DNA of 52,451 nt from Hyphomicrobiales bacterium (GCA_031430715.1 JANPCA010000606.1:1-52451), one strand, 5' to 3'; positions 36,894 to 49,383 are shown, counted from the stretch's first letter. Translations and numbers: made by a program. Notes: a model not told the origin generated them from the sequence alone.

Positions 36894-38660
36894 CTAGAAC
36901 GACGCCTCCTCCAGCTCCATCACCGGTCCGGCCCCCGCCATGATCATGGCGTGCAGTCCCGTGGTCTGCGGCAGAATGCGCCGCATGAAGAAGCGCGCCG
37001 TGGCGAGCTTGGCGCGGTGAAAATCCTCGTTGCTCCTGGGCAGCGCCGCGCCGGCCATGCGCGCCCACAGGTAGCCGAGCGCCGTCAGCGCGAAGAGCCG
37101 AAGATAGTCGGTGGCGCAGGCACTCACCTCGTCGGGAGAGGATGCGGCGCGTTGGCGCAACGTCTCGGAGGCATCATCGAGAAGTGCAATTGCCGCCAAT
37201 GCGGGTTCCGCGAACTCGGCCATGCCATCGCCTTTCGATGCCGTGAGAAAGGCGGCGGCGGGGCCGCGGAAGGCGCTCAGCAACCCGAGCTGCAACACCT
37301 TGCGGCCCAAAAGGTCGATGGCCTGCACGCCATTGGTGCCCTCGTAGATCTGGGTGATGCGGGCGTCGCGCACCAGCTGCTCCTGGCCATTGGCGCGGAT
37401 ATAGCCATGGCCGCCCAGCACCTGGACACCGAGATTCGTCACCTCGGCTCCGGCATCGGTGAGGAAGGCCTTCACCACCGGGGTCATCAGCGCGACGAAA
37501 TCATCCGCCTGCCGGCGAATGCCCGGATCGGCATGACGCTCCGCCACGTCGAGCCCCTGTGCCGTCCACAGCGCCAGCGCCCGGCAGCCCTCGGTCAAGG
37601 CCCGCTGGGTGATCAGCATGCGGCGCACATCGGGGTGGACGATGATCGGATCGGCGGGCTTGGACGGAACCTGTGCTCCCTTGGGGGCGCGGCCCTGCAG
37701 GCGCTCGCGGGCATAGGCCACGGCATTCTGGTAGGAGGCCTCGGCCACCGCCAGGCCCTGGATGCCGACGGCGATACGCTCGGCGTTCATCATGGCGAAC
37801 ATGGCCTTGAGGCCCTGATGCGCCTCGCCCACCAGCCAGCCGGTTGCGCCATCGAAATTCATGACACAGGTCGAGCAGCCATGAATACCCATTTTCCGCT
37901 CGATCGAACCGCACGAGACAGAGTTGCGATTCAGAGGCGTCCCGTCCGCGCTGGCGAGAACCTTCGGCACCACGAAGAGGCTGATGCCCTTGGTGCCATT
38001 CGGCGCATCAGGCAGCCGGGCCAGCACGAGATAGACGATATTCGGCGTCAGATCATGCTCGCCCGCCGAAATGAATATCTTGGTGCCGGAAATGGCATAG
38101 GCGCCATCGGCCAGCGGTTGCGCCTGGCTCCGGAGCAGCCCCAGATCGGTGCCGCAATGGGCCTCCGTCAGGCACATGGAGCCGGTCCACTCGCCACTTG
38201 CCAGACGTGGCGCGTAGAGGGCTTGCTGGTGTTCATCGCCATATTTCGCGATCGCCACATAGGCGCCGCGCGTCAGGCCGGGATAGAGGCAGAAGGAGAG
38301 ATTGGCCGAGCCCATCATCTCTTCGACGAGAAAATTGACCATGTGCGGCATGCCCTGGCCGCCATGGGCCGGATCGCAGGTCAGCGTTGGCCAGCCGCCC
38401 GCGCAGAACTGGCGGTAGGCCGCCTTGAATCCCTTCGGCGTCGTGACAACGCCATTGTCAAATTGGCAGCCCTCTTCGTCGCCGGACTGGTTCAAGGGAA
38501 ACAATACCTGTTCGGCGAATTTGGCGCCTTCATCGAGCACCTGGGCGATCACGTCGGGCGTGAACTCCGCGAAGCCTTCCAACGCCACGTGGGCCTCATA
38601 GCCGAAGACCTCGTTCAGGCAGAAGTCATAGTCGCGCAAAGGCGCCTTGTAGCTGGGCAT
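36894..38660 (-). CDS. Acyl-CoA dehydrogenase
   Basis: Motifs MCLTEAHCGTDLG, GTKIFIS.GEHD, ERKMGIHG, QVLGGHGYI and IYEGTNG. Confidence 0.95.
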   Translation of the reverse strand: MPSYKAPLRDYDFCLNEVFGYEAHVALEGFAEFTPDVIAQVLDEGAKFAEQVLFPLNQSGDEEGCQFDNGVVTTPKGFKAAYRQFCAGGWPTLTCDPAHGGQGMPHMVNFLVEEMMGSANLSFCLYPGLTRGAYVAIAKYGDEHQQALYAPRLASGEWTGSMCLTEAHCGTDLGLLRSQAQPLADGAYAISGTKIFISAGEHDLTPNIVYLVLARLPDAPNGTKGISLFVVPKVLASADGTPLNRNSVSCGSIERKMGIHGCSTCVMNFDGATGWLVGEAHQGLKAMFAMMNAERIAVGIQGLAVAEASYQNAVAYARERLQGRAPKGAQVPSKPADPIIVHPDVRRMLITQRALTEGCRALALWTAQGLDVAERHADPGIRRQADDFVALMTPVVKAFLTDAGAEVTNLGVQVLGGHGYIRANGQEQLVRDARITQIYEGTNGVQAIDLLGRKVLQLGLLSAFRGPAAAFLTASKGDGMAEFAEPALAAIALLDDASETLRQRAASSPDEVSACATDYLRLFALTALGYLWARMAGAALPRSNEDFHRAKLATARFFMRRILPQTTGLHAMIMAGAGPVMELEEASF

Positions 38661-38662
38661 GG

Positions 38663-40921
38663 TCAGTTCCTCAGGGGCTTGCCGGTGTCGAGAACGTGGC
38701 GGATGCGGGCTTGCGTCAACGGCGAGGCGGCGAGCTTCAGCACCTCGCGCCGCTCCAGCGCCAGCATGGCCTCCTCGGTCAGAGGCAGCGTGCTGTCCGT
38801 ATCCCCGCCGCTCAGCACCGTGGCGATGGCCTTGGCGACCGCGAGATCATGGGCGCTGGCCTTGCCGAGTCTCACGAAACTCTCAGCCGCAAGCCCCAGG
38901 GCCGTTGCGGCTGAGGGGCCGGGCAGTGCGAAGCTGGGCTTTTCGGGCGCCTTGTAGTTCTTGGCCAGGGCCAGGGCCTTCGCCTTGGCGTCGGCGAGCA
39001 GGCGGCCGCGGTTCATGGTGATGCCGTCGCCGCTCCGCAGGAAGCCGAGTTCCCTGGCATGGGCCGCCGATTTAGACACCGTGGACATGGTGAGCAGTTC
39101 GAAGGCGCGGAGCAAGGCCGGCATGGGGCCCTTCGGCGCCCAAGGATTGTTCCGCATACGGAGGATCATCTCGCCGCAGCCGCCCCAGGCGGGAAGGATG
39201 CCCACGCTGGCCTCGACCAGCCCGATATAGCTTTCGGCGTGAGCCTGAATGCCCGAACAGTGCAGCAGCAACTCGCAGCCGCCGCCCAAGGCCAGCCCGG
39301 CCGCTGCGGCGACCGCCGGGAAGGGCGCGTATTTGAGTTTCTTGAAACGATCCTGGCCGAGCTTTGCCAGCGCCTCGAATTCATCCGGCCCATTGGCCTC
39401 GGCGAGCAGCCAGTTGAGATTGACGCCGCCCGAGAAATTGGCGGCATCGGAATAGATCACCAGCGCCTTGTGGTTCTTTGGGATAAAATCAATGCTGCGC
39501 GACAGCAGCGCGAAGGCCTCGGCGTCGAAAGTGTTCATCTTCGTGGTGAGTTCAAAACAGGCCACACCATCGCCCAGATCCCACAGGGAGGCGGAGCCGT
39601 TGGACAGCAGCGCTGGGCCGTTGCGCTTGACGTCTTCGAGGAGGACAATGCCCGGGGACCGGGTCAATGGCTTGTAGTTGCCATCAAGGCTCAGCGCCGA
39701 CCGGCCGCGATAGAGCGGCCCATCGCCCGACTTGAGCACCGGCGCAAGCGGCAATCCCTGGCGCTCGGCCATTGTACGGAAATTGGCGATGCCGATTCGG
39801 TCGATCAGTTCGAAGGGACCCCAAGTCCAATTGTAACCGAGCCGCATGGCGGCATCGATCGAGGCGGTATCGTCCGCCGCGTCGCCCACCAGGAGGGACG
39901 CATAGGCCAGCGTCTTCAGCATCACGGCGCGGGCATAGCGGCCGTGCGCCGAGTCCTGGCGCAGCAAGGGCGTTGTCTCGTCCAGGGAAACACCGCGCCA
40001 TGGCCGGTATTCGCCGGATACCAGGCCGATCGTCTCCTTGCGTTTGCCTTGCGCGCGGTTGATGCGATAAAAACCGCCCTTGCCCTTTCGGCCGGTGAGG
40101 CCATCGGCGATCATCTTGTCCAAGAAGGGCAGCGGCACATTGACGGCGTGAAAGAGATCGTCCTTTTCGAGCGCCGCCGCGAGGCTGGCGTTCACCTGCG
40201 GCAGCAGGTCGATGCCGACCAGATCGGCGAGGCCGAAGATTCCCGTCTTCGGGATGCCGAAGGGTTTGCCCATGACGGCATCGGCCTCCTCGACGCTCAT
40301 CCCTTGGGCGAAGGCCTCGGTGATCGCCGCCTGCATCCAGTAACAGCCGAGCCGGTTGGCGATGAAGCCCGGCCGGTCCTTGCAGTGCACGATGCTTTTG
40401 CCCAGCGCATGATCGGCGAAATGGCAGACCGTATCAACCGCTTGCCGATCGGTGTTAGGTCCGGCGACGATTTCAAGAAGCCGCATGTAGCGCGGCGGAT
40501 TGAAGAAGTGGGTGACCAGGAAATTGGTCTTGAACGCTTCGGGCGCGCCCGCTGTCAGCGCGGCCAGCGGGATAGTCGAGGTGTTGGACGAGACGATGCT
40601 GCCAGGCGCCCTGAACCTTTCGATCTGCTTGTAAAGGTCCTGCTTGACGTCCAGCTTCTCGACCACGGCCTCGACGATCCAGCCGCAACCTTCAAGGAGG
40701 GCCATGTCATCGCGGATCCCGCAGGGCGTCAACAACCGCGCATTGGCGGGCAGCATGAAGGGGGCGGGTTCGGCCGTGAGCAGCCGCGCGACCGCCGCCG
40801 CCGCCACATCCCTGGTGACGTCGAAGAGCAGCACAGGAACGCCGGCATTGGCCGCCTGCGCGGCGATGCCGCCGCCCATGACGCCCGAGCCGATGACGGC
40901 CATCTTGGCGATGTCGCGCAT
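38663..40921 (-). CDS. 3-hydroxyacyl-CoA dehydrogenase/enoyl-CoA hydratase (FadN-like)
   Basis: Motifs GSGVMGGGIA, EAVVE, SNTS, HFFNPPRYM, PGFIANR, LGGGCE and YIGLVEA.VG. Confidence 0.92.
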   Translation of the reverse strand: MRDIAKMAVIGSGVMGGGIAAQAANAGVPVLLFDVTRDVAAAAVARLLTAEPAPFMLPANARLLTPCGIRDDMALLEGCGWIVEAVVEKLDVKQDLYKQIERFRAPGSIVSSNTSTIPLAALTAGAPEAFKTNFLVTHFFNPPRYMRLLEIVAGPNTDRQAVDTVCHFADHALGKSIVHCKDRPGFIANRLGCYWMQAAITEAFAQGMSVEEADAVMGKPFGIPKTGIFGLADLVGIDLLPQVNASLAAALEKDDLFHAVNVPLPFLDKMIADGLTGRKGKGGFYRINRAQGKRKETIGLVSGEYRPWRGVSLDETTPLLRQDSAHGRYARAVMLKTLAYASLLVGDAADDTASIDAAMRLGYNWTWGPFELIDRIGIANFRTMAERQGLPLAPVLKSGDGPLYRGRSALSLDGNYKPLTRSPGIVLLEDVKRNGPALLSNGSASLWDLGDGVACFELTTKMNTFDAEAFALLSRSIDFIPKNHKALVIYSDAANFSGGVNLNWLLAEANGPDEFEALAKLGQDRFKKLKYAPFPAVAAAAGLALGGGCELLLHCSGIQAHAESYIGLVEASVGILPAWGGCGEMILRMRNNPWAPKGPMPALLRAFELLTMSTVSKSAAHARELGFLRSGDGITMNRGRLLADAKAKALALAKNYKAPEKPSFALPGPSAATALGLAAESFVRLGKASAHDLAVAKAIATVLSGGDTDSTLPLTEEAMLALERREVLKLAASPLTQARIRHVLDTGKPLRN

Positions 40922-42033
40922 CAACAGGCTTCCAGAATCGTGGCGATGCCCTGGCCGCCGCCGATGCACTGGGTGGCGAGTGCGAATTGGCTGCCCTCGC
41001 GCCTCAGAAGCTGCGCCGCCTTGCCGGTGATGCGCGCCCCGCTGGCCCCCAGCGGATGGCCGATGGCGATGGCGCCGCCGTCGAGATTGACGCGAGCCTC
41101 ATCGATGCCAAGCTCGCGCAGGCAGGCCAGCGCCTGGGCGGCGAAGGCCTCGTTGATCTCGACGATATCGATGTCCCCGATCGCAAGCCCGGCCCGTTTC
41201 AGGGCCTTGCGCGTGGCGCCCACCGGACCCAATCCCATGATCTCCGGCGCACAGCCCGAAATGGCGATTGAGCGGATGCGCGCCATGGGCTTCAGGCCCT
41301 TGGCGCTGGCATAGTCCGCGCTGCACACGAGGACCGCGGCGGCGCCATCGGTCAGGGGCGAGGCGGTGCCCGCCGTCACCGTGCCGTCCTGCTTGAAGGC
41401 TGGGGCGAGGCCCGCGAGAATTTCCGCCGTCGTGTCCGGGCGCAGGCAGCCATCCTTTTCAACATTGTCGATGGTCACGATCTCGCCCGCGAAATCGGCC
41501 GCCGCCGCCTTGCGCTGCGAAGCCACCGCGAAACCCTCCTGATCGGCCCGCGACACGCCACAGCGGCGCGCCACATTCTCCGCCGTTTCGCCCATCGCCA
41601 TATAGGCGCCGGGGAGTTCGGCGTTGAGGCGCGGATTGGGCAGCGGATTGAAGCCCATCATCGGCACCCGCGTCATGCTCTCGACGCCGGCACAGATGAA
41701 GGCCTCGCCCGCCCCCATTTTGATGGCGCCCGCCGCCGCATGGATGGCCTGCATGGAGGAACCGCAGAAGCGGTTGATGGTGACGCCGCCCACCGCTTGC
41801 GGCAGGCCCGCCAGCAGCACCACCAGGCGCGCCAGGTTGAGGCCCTGTTCGCCTTCGGGGAAGGCGCAGCCGAGCAGCAGATCCTCGATGTCGCCCGAAT
41901 CGATCCCGCTGCGCGCCACCAGCCCCTTCACAACGCTGGCGGCGAGATCGTCGGGCCTCACCTTCGCCAGTGCACCCTTGCGGGCCAGCGTGAACGGCGA
42001 TCGCACAAAATCGACAAGAACGGCATCGGACAT
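40921..42033 (-). CDS. Acetyl-CoA acyltransferase (thiolase)
   Basis: Motifs NRFCGSS, GVESM, NEAFA, GHPLGASG and CIGGGQG. Confidence 0.95.
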   Translation of the reverse strand: MSDAVLVDFVRSPFTLARKGALAKVRPDDLAASVVKGLVARSGIDSGDIEDLLLGCAFPEGEQGLNLARLVVLLAGLPQAVGGVTINRFCGSSMQAIHAAAGAIKMGAGEAFICAGVESMTRVPMMGFNPLPNPRLNAELPGAYMAMGETAENVARRCGVSRADQEGFAVASQRKAAAADFAGEIVTIDNVEKDGCLRPDTTAEILAGLAPAFKQDGTVTAGTASPLTDGAAAVLVCSADYASAKGLKPMARIRSIAISGCAPEIMGLGPVGATRKALKRAGLAIGDIDIVEINEAFAAQALACLRELGIDEARVNLDGGAIAIGHPLGASGARITGKAAQLLRREGSQFALATQCIGGGQGIATILEAC

Positions 42034-42103
42034 GCTTTGCTCCTTGGCGTGGCATTGTCGACGTTAACGTCAGAAGACGCAATGGAGATGCACTGCCGCG
42101 CCG

Positions 42104-43492
42104 TCAGCACTCCACCACGTTGACGGCAAGCCCGCCGGTCGAGGTTTCCTTGTAGCGCTCGTTCATGTCGAGACCGGTCTGGCGCATGGTTTCCACACAG
42201 GTGTCGAGCGGCACGAAATGCGTGCCGTCGCCGCGCAAGGCGAGCGAGGCCGCCGTCACGGCCTTGACCGCGCCGAAAGCATTGCGCTCGATACAGGGCA
42301 CCTGCACCAAGCCGCCCACCGGGTCGCAGGTCATCCCTAAGTGATGTTCGAGGGCAATCTCGGCAGCATTCTCCACCTGCTCGTTGCTGCCGCCCAGCGC
42401 CGCGCAGAGACCGGCCGCCGCCATGGCGGAGGCCGAGCCGACTTCGCCCTGGCAGCCCACTTCGGCCCCCGAGATCGAGGCATTGTGCTTGATCAAGCCG
42501 CCGATGGCGGCGGCGGCCAGAAGGAAAGTGCGGATGCCCTTGTCGTCGGCCCCCAGGCAATGGTCGAGGTAATAACGGATGGTGGCGGGGATGACGCCCG
42601 CCGCACCATTGGTGGGCGCCGTCACCACCTTGCCGCCGCCCGCGTTCTCCTCGTTGACCGCCATGGCATAGACCGAGAGCCAGTCCATGACCCGGTGCGG
42701 CTGAATGGAGTTGGCGCCCTGCTCGTCCTTCAGCTTGGCATGGATCTCGGCGGCGCGGCGCTTGACCTTGAGGCCGCCGGGCAGGATGCCGCTCTGCGAG
42801 AGGCCGCGGTTCATGCAGTCGCGCATGGCCTGCCAGATGCGGTCGAGGCGCTGGTCCAGTTCGGCGTCGCCCTGTGTCACCGTCTCGTTGGCGCGTTTCA
42901 TGCCGGCGATGGTGAGACCCGAGGCACGGCCCATCTCCAGCATCTCGGTGGCCTTGCGGAAGGGATAGGGCACATTGGCCGCCGATGCTTGCGTCTTGTC
43001 CCCGGCCGCCGGAGCCAGGCGCTCGGCCTCCGTCTGCACGAAGCCGCCGCCGATCGAATAGTAGGTCTCGGACAGCAGGGTATTGTTGTCGTCATCGAGG
43101 ATGCGGAACACCATGCCGTTGGCATGGCCTTTAAGCGCCGGACCGAAATCGAAGATCAAATCGCGTTTCGGATCGAAGGCCACCGCATGGCCGTCGGGCA
43201 ACACGATGCGGCCTCCAGCGGACATCGCTGCTAGAACCGGCTCGACACGGTCCGGGTCAATGGTGTCGGGCGCTTCGCCGGCTAGCCCCAGGATGACGGC
43301 GCGGTCGGTGCCGTGACCCTTGCCGGTGAAGGCCAGAGAGCCATGCAGCGTCACGGTGAGGCGGCCCGTATGCGGCAGCGAGGTCGCGGCCGCCTTGGCG
43401 AGGAAACGCCTGGCCGCTATCATGGGTCCCACGGTATGCGAACTCGAGGGGCCGATGCCGATCTTGAAAACATCGAAGACGGAGAGAAACAT
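42104..43492 (-). CDS. sdaA: L-serine dehydratase (Fe-S, single chain)
   Basis: Motifs [43 protein letters not shown] and [19 protein letters not shown]. Confidence 0.95.
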   Translation of the reverse strand: MFLSVFDVFKIGIGPSSSHTVGPMIAARRFLAKAAATSLPHTGRLTVTLHGSLAFTGKGHGTDRAVILGLAGEAPDTIDPDRVEPVLAAMSAGGRIVLPDGHAVAFDPKRDLIFDFGPALKGHANGMVFRILDDDNNTLLSETYYSIGGGFVQTEAERLAPAAGDKTQASAANVPYPFRKATEMLEMGRASGLTIAGMKRANETVTQGDAELDQRLDRIWQAMRDCMNRGLSQSGILPGGLKVKRRAAEIHAKLKDEQGANSIQPHRVMDWLSVYAMAVNEENAGGGKVVTAPTNGAAGVIPATIRYYLDHCLGADDKGIRTFLLAAAAIGGLIKHNASISGAEVGCQGEVGSASAMAAAGLCAALGGSNEQVENAAEIALEHHLGMTCDPVGGLVQVPCIERNAFGAVKAVTAASLALRGDGTHFVPLDTCVETMRQTGLDMNERYKETSTGGLAVNVVEC

Positions 43493-43601
43493 GGTGGCTT
43501 TCAATCATGTTCAGACGCGCCAAGCATACTCCAGTCTGCCGCAATTTCGATTGGAAACGTCATGCCAGGGTGAGATACGGTTTTAGGAGACAAACAGAGC
43601 C

Positions 43602-44465
43602 ATGCTTGCCGTGCTGCTCGGCGTAACCGCCGCCTTCTGCTGGTCGCTGCACGATCTGGTGGCGAGGAGCTACGCCGAGCGGATCGGCGCCTTCCGCATG
43701 GCGGCGCTGGTGATGATCTCCGGCGGCATCTTGCTGACCTTCTACATTGTGTGGGACGGCGGCATCCGGCACGCCTCCCGGGATGGCATCCTGCAGGGCC
43801 TGCTGCTTGGGCTCGCCTATGGTTTCGGTGTCGGCGGCCTGTTCAAGGCCTTCAGTCTTGGGCCGATTTCGCTGGTTGGCCCCGTCACGGCGGTCTACCC
43901 GGTGCTGGCCGTGTTGTGGGGTGTGATCCATGGCCTCAGTCCGTCACTGCCGCAATGGACTGCCGTCGCCGCCGCCCTGGCAGGTGCTGTGATCGTGGCG
44001 CGGACCGGCCCGGCAGACGGCGGCATCAACACGGTGGCGCCCGGCAAGCTGCCAACCCTGTTCCTGTTTTGCATCATTTCGATGCTGGGCTATGCGGCAT
44101 CGATCATTCTCAGCCAGAATGCCGCGGTAACGGTGGGCGAGATCGAGGCCACCTGGCTGTCGCGGGCCACCGCCCTGGTGAGCATCGTGCCCTTCATGCT
44201 GGGCGAGCGGCGGCCGGCGGCGCTTTCACGCAAGCATTGGCTCGGCATCTTCGTCATGGGCGGGCTGGACATCCTTGGCGTCATCGCCGTCAGCGCGTCG
44301 GGCCGCCTGCCCGGCAAGGAATTTGCGGCGGCGGGCATTTCTTCCTATGGGGCGATCGCCGTCATTCTCGCCTGGCTGGTGCTCCGCGAGAAGGTGTCTC
44401 TCATGCAATGGGGCGGGATTGCCATGATTACCGGCGCCGTTGCGGCACTCGCGCTGCTGCAATAG
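43602..44465 (+). CDS. EamA/DMT-family transporter
   Basis: About ten hydrophobic helices; motifs GPISLVGPV and LVLREKVS..QW.GI. Confidence 0.85.
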   Translation: MLAVLLGVTAAFCWSLHDLVARSYAERIGAFRMAALVMISGGILLTFYIVWDGGIRHASRDGILQGLLLGLAYGFGVGGLFKAFSLGPISLVGPVTAVYPVLAVLWGVIHGLSPSLPQWTAVAAALAGAVIVARTGPADGGINTVAPGKLPTLFLFCIISMLGYAASIILSQNAAVTVGEIEATWLSRATALVSIVPFMLGERRPAALSRKHWLGIFVMGGLDILGVIAVSASGRLPGKEFAAAGISSYGAIAVILAWLVLREKVSLMQWGGIAMITGAVAALALLQ

Positions 44466-44596
44466 CCTCAGCCGAAGCGCTGCAGGTAGGCCTCGCACAG
44501 GGCGGCTCTCCGGTTGGCGGCTTGCGGGGGGCTTTCTCCTGCCAGAACCGGGGTTGGCGCGGCAAGTTCTAGGTGCGCGCATCAAGAAAAGACTTG

Positions 44597-44621
44597 AATA
44601 AATCACGCGGAATGATTTATT
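44597..44621. promoter_or_regulatory. AT-rich inverted repeat upstream of glgP (candidate operator)
   Basis: AATAAATCA-N7-TGATTTATT, perfect 9-bp arms. Confidence 0.45.
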
Positions 44622-44697
44622 GTGATCCGGCGTTGCGCAAGAATCGAAGAGTCACCTATAAGCGGCCTCCTTGCAGCAGGGGCAGAAAGTAGCGACG

Positions 44698-47142
44698 ATG
44701 AACAAGCCAGCACCGCGCGGCACCGATCCGGAATCGATCCGCGCCGAGATTCTCGAGAAGCTCGCCTACTCCATCGGCAAGGATCCCATCGTGGCCAAGC
44801 GCCACGACTGGCTGAATGCCGCCATCCTGGCGCTGCGCGACCGCATCATCGACCGCTGGATGGAATCGACCCGCCGCGCCTATCAGGCCAAGGTCAAGCG
44901 GGTCTATTATCTGTCGCTGGAATTCTTGATCGGCCGCTTGCTGCGCGATGCGCTGACCAATCTCGAACTGAACAGCGCCTTCACCCAGGCATTGCAGAGC
45001 CTCAATGTCGACATCGATTTGATCGAGGCGCTGGAACCCGACGCAGCGCTGGGTAATGGCGGGCTTGGCCGTCTCGCTGCCTGCTTCATGGAGAGCATGG
45101 CGAGCCTCGACATCCCCGCCTATGGCTATGGCATCCGCTATAACCACGGCCTGTTCCGCCAGAAGATCAAGGACGGCTGGCAGATCGAACTGCCGGAAGA
45201 CTGGCTGGAACACGGCAACTCCTGGGAGTTCCCGCGCCGCGAGGCCGCCTATGAGATCGGCTTCGGCGGAACCGTGACTCTCGAACCGACCGAGACCAAC
45301 AAGCAGCGCCGCCGCTGGGTGCCGGGCGAGCGCCTCCTCGCCTCGGCCTGCGATACGCCGATGGTCGGCTGGCGCGGCAAGCGCGTCAACACGCTGAGAT
45401 TGTGGACGGCCAGGGCCTATGACCCGATCCGGCTCGATGCCTTCAACAGCGGCGATTATGCGGGAGCCCTCGGCGAAAGCAACAAGGCGGAGATCATCAC
45501 CCGCGTGCTCTACCCGTCGGACTCGACACCGGCTGGCGCCGAACTCAGGCTCCGCCAGGAATATTTCTTCACCTCCGCCTCGCTCCAGGACATCATCCGC
45601 CGCCACCTGCAGCAATATGACGAGGTGCGCTCCCTGGGCGATAAAGTGGCGATCCAGTTGAACGACACCCATCCCGCCGTGGCGGTGGCCGAACTGATGC
45701 GCATCCTGCTCGATAACCACGGGCTTGAATGGGACGAGGCCTGGACGATCACCAGGGACTGTATCGGCTACACCAACCACACGCTCCTTCCCGAAGCGCT
45801 CGAAAGCTGGCCGGTGCATCTCTTCGAGCACGTATTGCCGCGCCACATGCAGATCGTCTACGCGATCAATGCCAAGCTCATCACCGAGGCGCAGAAGCGG
45901 CCGGACTGCACGGCGGATTTCCTGTCCTCGATTTCGCTCATCGACGAACACAACGGCAGGCGGGTGCGCATGGGGCAATTGGCCTTCGTCGGCTCGCACT
46001 CGATCAATGGCGTCTCGGCACTCCACACCTCGCTGATGAAGGAGAGCGTGTTCAAGGACCTGAACACGCTTTATCCCGGACGCATCAACAACAAGACCAA
46101 TGGCATCACGCCGCGCCGCTGGCTCCTGGGCGTCAATCCCGATCTCGCGGCGCTCTTAAGCGAGGCGGCGGGGCCAGCCGTGCTCGACGATGCCTCGCTT
46201 CTGGTGAAGGCCCTGCCTTTCGCCAAGGACGCGTCCTTCCGGCAGCGTTTTTCAAGCATCAAACGGCAGAACAAGGACGAGCTGTCGAACCTGATCAATG
46301 CCAGGCTCGGCATCAGGCTCGATCCCACCGCCATGTTCGACGTGCATGTGAAGCGCATTCACGAATACAAGCGGCAACTGCTCAACATCCTCGAAACCAT
46401 CGCACTCTACAATACGATGCGCTCGCATCCGGAGCGCGCCTGGGCGCCGCGCGTCAAGATCTTCGCGGGCAAGGCGGCGGCGAGCTATGCCCAGGCCAAG
46501 CTCATCATCAAGCTCATCAACGACGTGGCGGCCGTGGTCAACAACGATCCCGATATCCGTGATCTGCTGAAGGTCGTGTTCATTCCCAATTACAATGTCA
46601 GCCTCGCCGAGGTCATCGTACCGGCAGCCGACCTCTCGGAACAGATCTCGACGGCCGGCATGGAAGCGTCCGGCACCGGCAACATGAAATTCGCGCTCAA
46701 CGGCGCCCTCACCATCGGCACGCTGGATGGCGCCAATGTCGAAATCCTCGAACATGTGGGTAGAGACAATATCTTCATCTTCGGCCTGACCGCCGAGGAG
46801 GTGCAGCAGCGCCGCGCCAGGGGCGATGATCCGCGCCTCACGATCGAGGCTTCCGCCGACCTGCATGGCGTTCTCGACGCCCTGGCGTCGGGCGTCTTCT
46901 CACCGCAGGATGCCAACCGCTACCGTCCCATCGCCGACAGTCTCTATCACGGCGACTGGTTCATGGTGGCCGCCGACTTCGATGCCTATGCCGCGGCGCA
47001 GCGCCAAGTGGCGGGCCTCTGGCGGACCAAGCAGGACTGGACGGAGAAGACGATTCTGAATACGGTGAACATGGGCTGGTTCTCTTCCGACCGCACGATC
47101 AAGGAATACGCCCGCGATATCTGGCACGTTCCAGTCGCCTAG
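44698..47142 (+). CDS. glgP: Glycogen phosphorylase
   Basis: Motifs [40 protein letters not shown] and [10 protein letters not shown]. Confidence 0.97.
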   Translation: MNKPAPRGTDPESIRAEILEKLAYSIGKDPIVAKRHDWLNAAILALRDRIIDRWMESTRRAYQAKVKRVYYLSLEFLIGRLLRDALTNLELNSAFTQALQSLNVDIDLIEALEPDAALGNGGLGRLAACFMESMASLDIPAYGYGIRYNHGLFRQKIKDGWQIELPEDWLEHGNSWEFPRREAAYEIGFGGTVTLEPTETNKQRRRWVPGERLLASACDTPMVGWRGKRVNTLRLWTARAYDPIRLDAFNSGDYAGALGESNKAEIITRVLYPSDSTPAGAELRLRQEYFFTSASLQDIIRRHLQQYDEVRSLGDKVAIQLNDTHPAVAVAELMRILLDNHGLEWDEAWTITRDCIGYTNHTLLPEALESWPVHLFEHVLPRHMQIVYAINAKLITEAQKRPDCTADFLSSISLIDEHNGRRVRMGQLAFVGSHSINGVSALHTSLMKESVFKDLNTLYPGRINNKTNGITPRRWLLGVNPDLAALLSEAAGPAVLDDASLLVKALPFAKDASFRQRFSSIKRQNKDELSNLINARLGIRLDPTAMFDVHVKRIHEYKRQLLNILETIALYNTMRSHPERAWAPRVKIFAGKAAASYAQAKLIIKLINDVAAVVNNDPDIRDLLKVVFIPNYNVSLAEVIVPAADLSEQISTAGMEASGTGNMKFALNGALTIGTLDGANVEILEHVGRDNIFIFGLTAEEVQQRRARGDDPRLTIEASADLHGVLDALASGVFSPQDANRYRPIADSLYHGDWFMVAADFDAYAAAQRQVAGLWRTKQDWTEKTILNTVNMGWFSSDRTIKEYARDIWHVPVA

Positions 47143-47155
47143 GAGCTTAAGCACG

Positions 47156-49351
47156 ATGGCTGATCCAGCATGGAAGACGGACGCCTCCGAGATCGGGGCC
47201 ATTGTGTCGGGAGCCCATGGCGACCCGTTCAAGGTGTTGGGGTTACACCAGTCCGGAAAGCAATGGATCGCCCGGGCCTTCGTGCCCGGCGCCATGTCGC
47301 TTGAGGCACTGTCGAGCGACGGCAAGATCGTCGGCCAGCTCGAACGCCGCCATGACGGCGGCTTCTTCGAAGGGCTGGTCAAGATCAAGGAGCGCCAGCC
47401 GCTCGCCTATCTGGCGGCCAATGGCGGCGGCACCTGGACGGTGGCTGACGCTTATCTGCTAGGCCCGGTGCTGGGGCCGCTCGACGACTATTATATCGGT
47501 GAAGGAAATCACCTCCGGCTCTATGACCGCCTCGGTGCCCATGCCATGCATCACGAGGGCCACGACGGCGTCCACTTCGCCGTCTGGGCGCCCAACGCCG
47601 AGCGCGTTTCGGTGGTCGGCGATTTCAATGGCTGGGATGGCCGCCGCCATGTGATGCGGAAGCGCCTCGACATCGGCGTGTGGGAAATTTTCGTGCCCGG
47701 CGCCAGCGACGGCCAGAGCTACAAGTTCGAGATGCTGGGCCACGGCGGCAAGCTGATGCCTCTGAAAAGCGATCCCTTCGGCTTCTTCGCCGAAGTGCGG
47801 CCAAAGACAGCCTCGCGCGTGGCGCGCACGGATAATTTTGAGTGGAACGACAAGGCCTATCTCGAAGCCCGCGCCAAGCCCGACCGGCGGCGCGTGCCCA
47901 TGTCGGTCTACGAAGTCCACCTGGGCTCGTGGCGGCGCAAGGACGGCAATGAGTTCCTCTCCTACGACGAGTTCGCCGAAACCTTGATCCCCTATGCGCT
48001 CGACATGGGTTTTACTCATATCGAGTTGCTGCCGATCAGCGAGCACCCTTTCGATCCGTCCTGGGGCTATCAGCCGACTGGACTGTTCGCACCCACCGCG
48101 CGCTTTGGCGATCCGGCAGGCTTCGCACGCTTTGTCGACAAGGCCCATCAATCAGGGATCGGCATCATCCTCGACTGGGTGCCGGCCCATTTCCCCACCG
48201 ACGAGCACGGCCTGGCGCGTTTCGATGGCACGGCGCTCTATGAGCACGAAGACCCGCGTCAGGGCTATCACCCGGACTGGAATACGGCGATCTTCAATTT
48301 CGGCCGGAGCGAGGTGGCGGGCTTCCTGCTCAACAACGCGCTGTTCTGGCTGGAGCGCTATCATATCGACGGGCTTCGCGTCGACGCGGTGGCCTCGATG
48401 CTCTATCTCGATTACTCGCGCAAAGAGGGCGAGTGGATTCCCAATCAATATGGCGGGCGCGAGAATCTCGAAGCCATCGCCTTCCTGCAGCGCATGAACC
48501 ACGAGGCCTATGGGCAAAATCCCGGCGCCATGACCATCGCCGAGGAATCGACGGCTTTTCCGGGCGTGTCGAAGCCGACCTCCACTGGCGGCTTGGGCTT
48601 CGGCTTCAAGTGGAACATGGGCTTCATGCATGACACGCTCGAATACCTGAAGCGCGCGGCCGTCTACCGCAAGCATCACCACAATGAGCTGACCTTCGGC
48701 CTGCTCTATGCCTTCTCGGAGAATTTCGTGCTGCCGCTGTCCCACGATGAAGTGGTGCATGGCAAGGGCTCGCTCTTGGCCAAGATGTCGGGCGACGATT
48801 GGCAGAAATTCGCGACGCTGCGTGCTTACTATGGTTTCATGTGGGGCTATCCCGGCAAGAAGCTGCTGTTCATGGGTCAGGAGATGGCGCCGTGGACCGA
48901 ATGGGCCGAGGCCCGCGGCCTCGACTGGCACCTGCTTGACCACGCGCCGCACCTGGGCATGCAATCGCTGGTGCGCGATCTGAACACTCACTACCGGACC
49001 ATCCCGGCGCTGCATGGGCGCGATTGCGAGCCGGAAGGATTCGAATGGCTGGTGGCCGACGATAGCGAGAACTCGGTCTTTGCCTGGGCCCGGCATTCGG
49101 GCGAGGGCGGCACGATGATCGCGGTGGTCACCAATTTCACGCCGGTGCCGCGCCAAAACTATGTCCTGCCCTTGCCGGCCGCCGGATATTGGCGCGAAAT
49201 CCTCAACAGCGACGCGGCCGCCTATGGTGGCAGCGGTGTGGGCAACATGGGCGGCGTCACCGCCACAGCCGAACCGAGCCATGGCAAGCCCGCCCGCGCC
49301 TTGGTGACACTGCCGCCGCTGGCCACTATTTACTTTGCTTATGAATCATAA
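47156..49351 (+). CDS. glgB: 1,4-alpha-glucan branching enzyme
   Basis: Motifs [37 protein letters not shown] and SHDEVVHGK. Confidence 0.97.
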   Translation: MADPAWKTDASEIGAIVSGAHGDPFKVLGLHQSGKQWIARAFVPGAMSLEALSSDGKIVGQLERRHDGGFFEGLVKIKERQPLAYLAANGGGTWTVADAYLLGPVLGPLDDYYIGEGNHLRLYDRLGAHAMHHEGHDGVHFAVWAPNAERVSVVGDFNGWDGRRHVMRKRLDIGVWEIFVPGASDGQSYKFEMLGHGGKLMPLKSDPFGFFAEVRPKTASRVARTDNFEWNDKAYLEARAKPDRRRVPMSVYEVHLGSWRRKDGNEFLSYDEFAETLIPYALDMGFTHIELLPISEHPFDPSWGYQPTGLFAPTARFGDPAGFARFVDKAHQSGIGIILDWVPAHFPTDEHGLARFDGTALYEHEDPRQGYHPDWNTAIFNFGRSEVAGFLLNNALFWLERYHIDGLRVDAVASMLYLDYSRKEGEWIPNQYGGRENLEAIAFLQRMNHEAYGQNPGAMTIAEESTAFPGVSKPTSTGGLGFGFKWNMGFMHDTLEYLKRAAVYRKHHHNELTFGLLYAFSENFVLPLSHDEVVHGKGSLLAKMSGDDWQKFATLRAYYGFMWGYPGKKLLFMGQEMAPWTEWAEARGLDWHLLDHAPHLGMQSLVRDLNTHYRTIPALHGRDCEPEGFEWLVADDSENSVFAWARHSGEGGTMIAVVTNFTPVPRQNYVLPLPAAGYWREILNSDAAAYGGSGVGNMGGVTATAEPSHGKPARALVTLPPLATIYFAYES

Positions 49352-49383
49352 AAAGATGACGCTGATCCAAGGGGAGAGAGAGG

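Noticed and set aside
36894-44465. Beta-oxidation trio, sdaA and EamA region as a special system
   Set aside because: These are ordinary housekeeping-type genes with canonical motifs and lengths.
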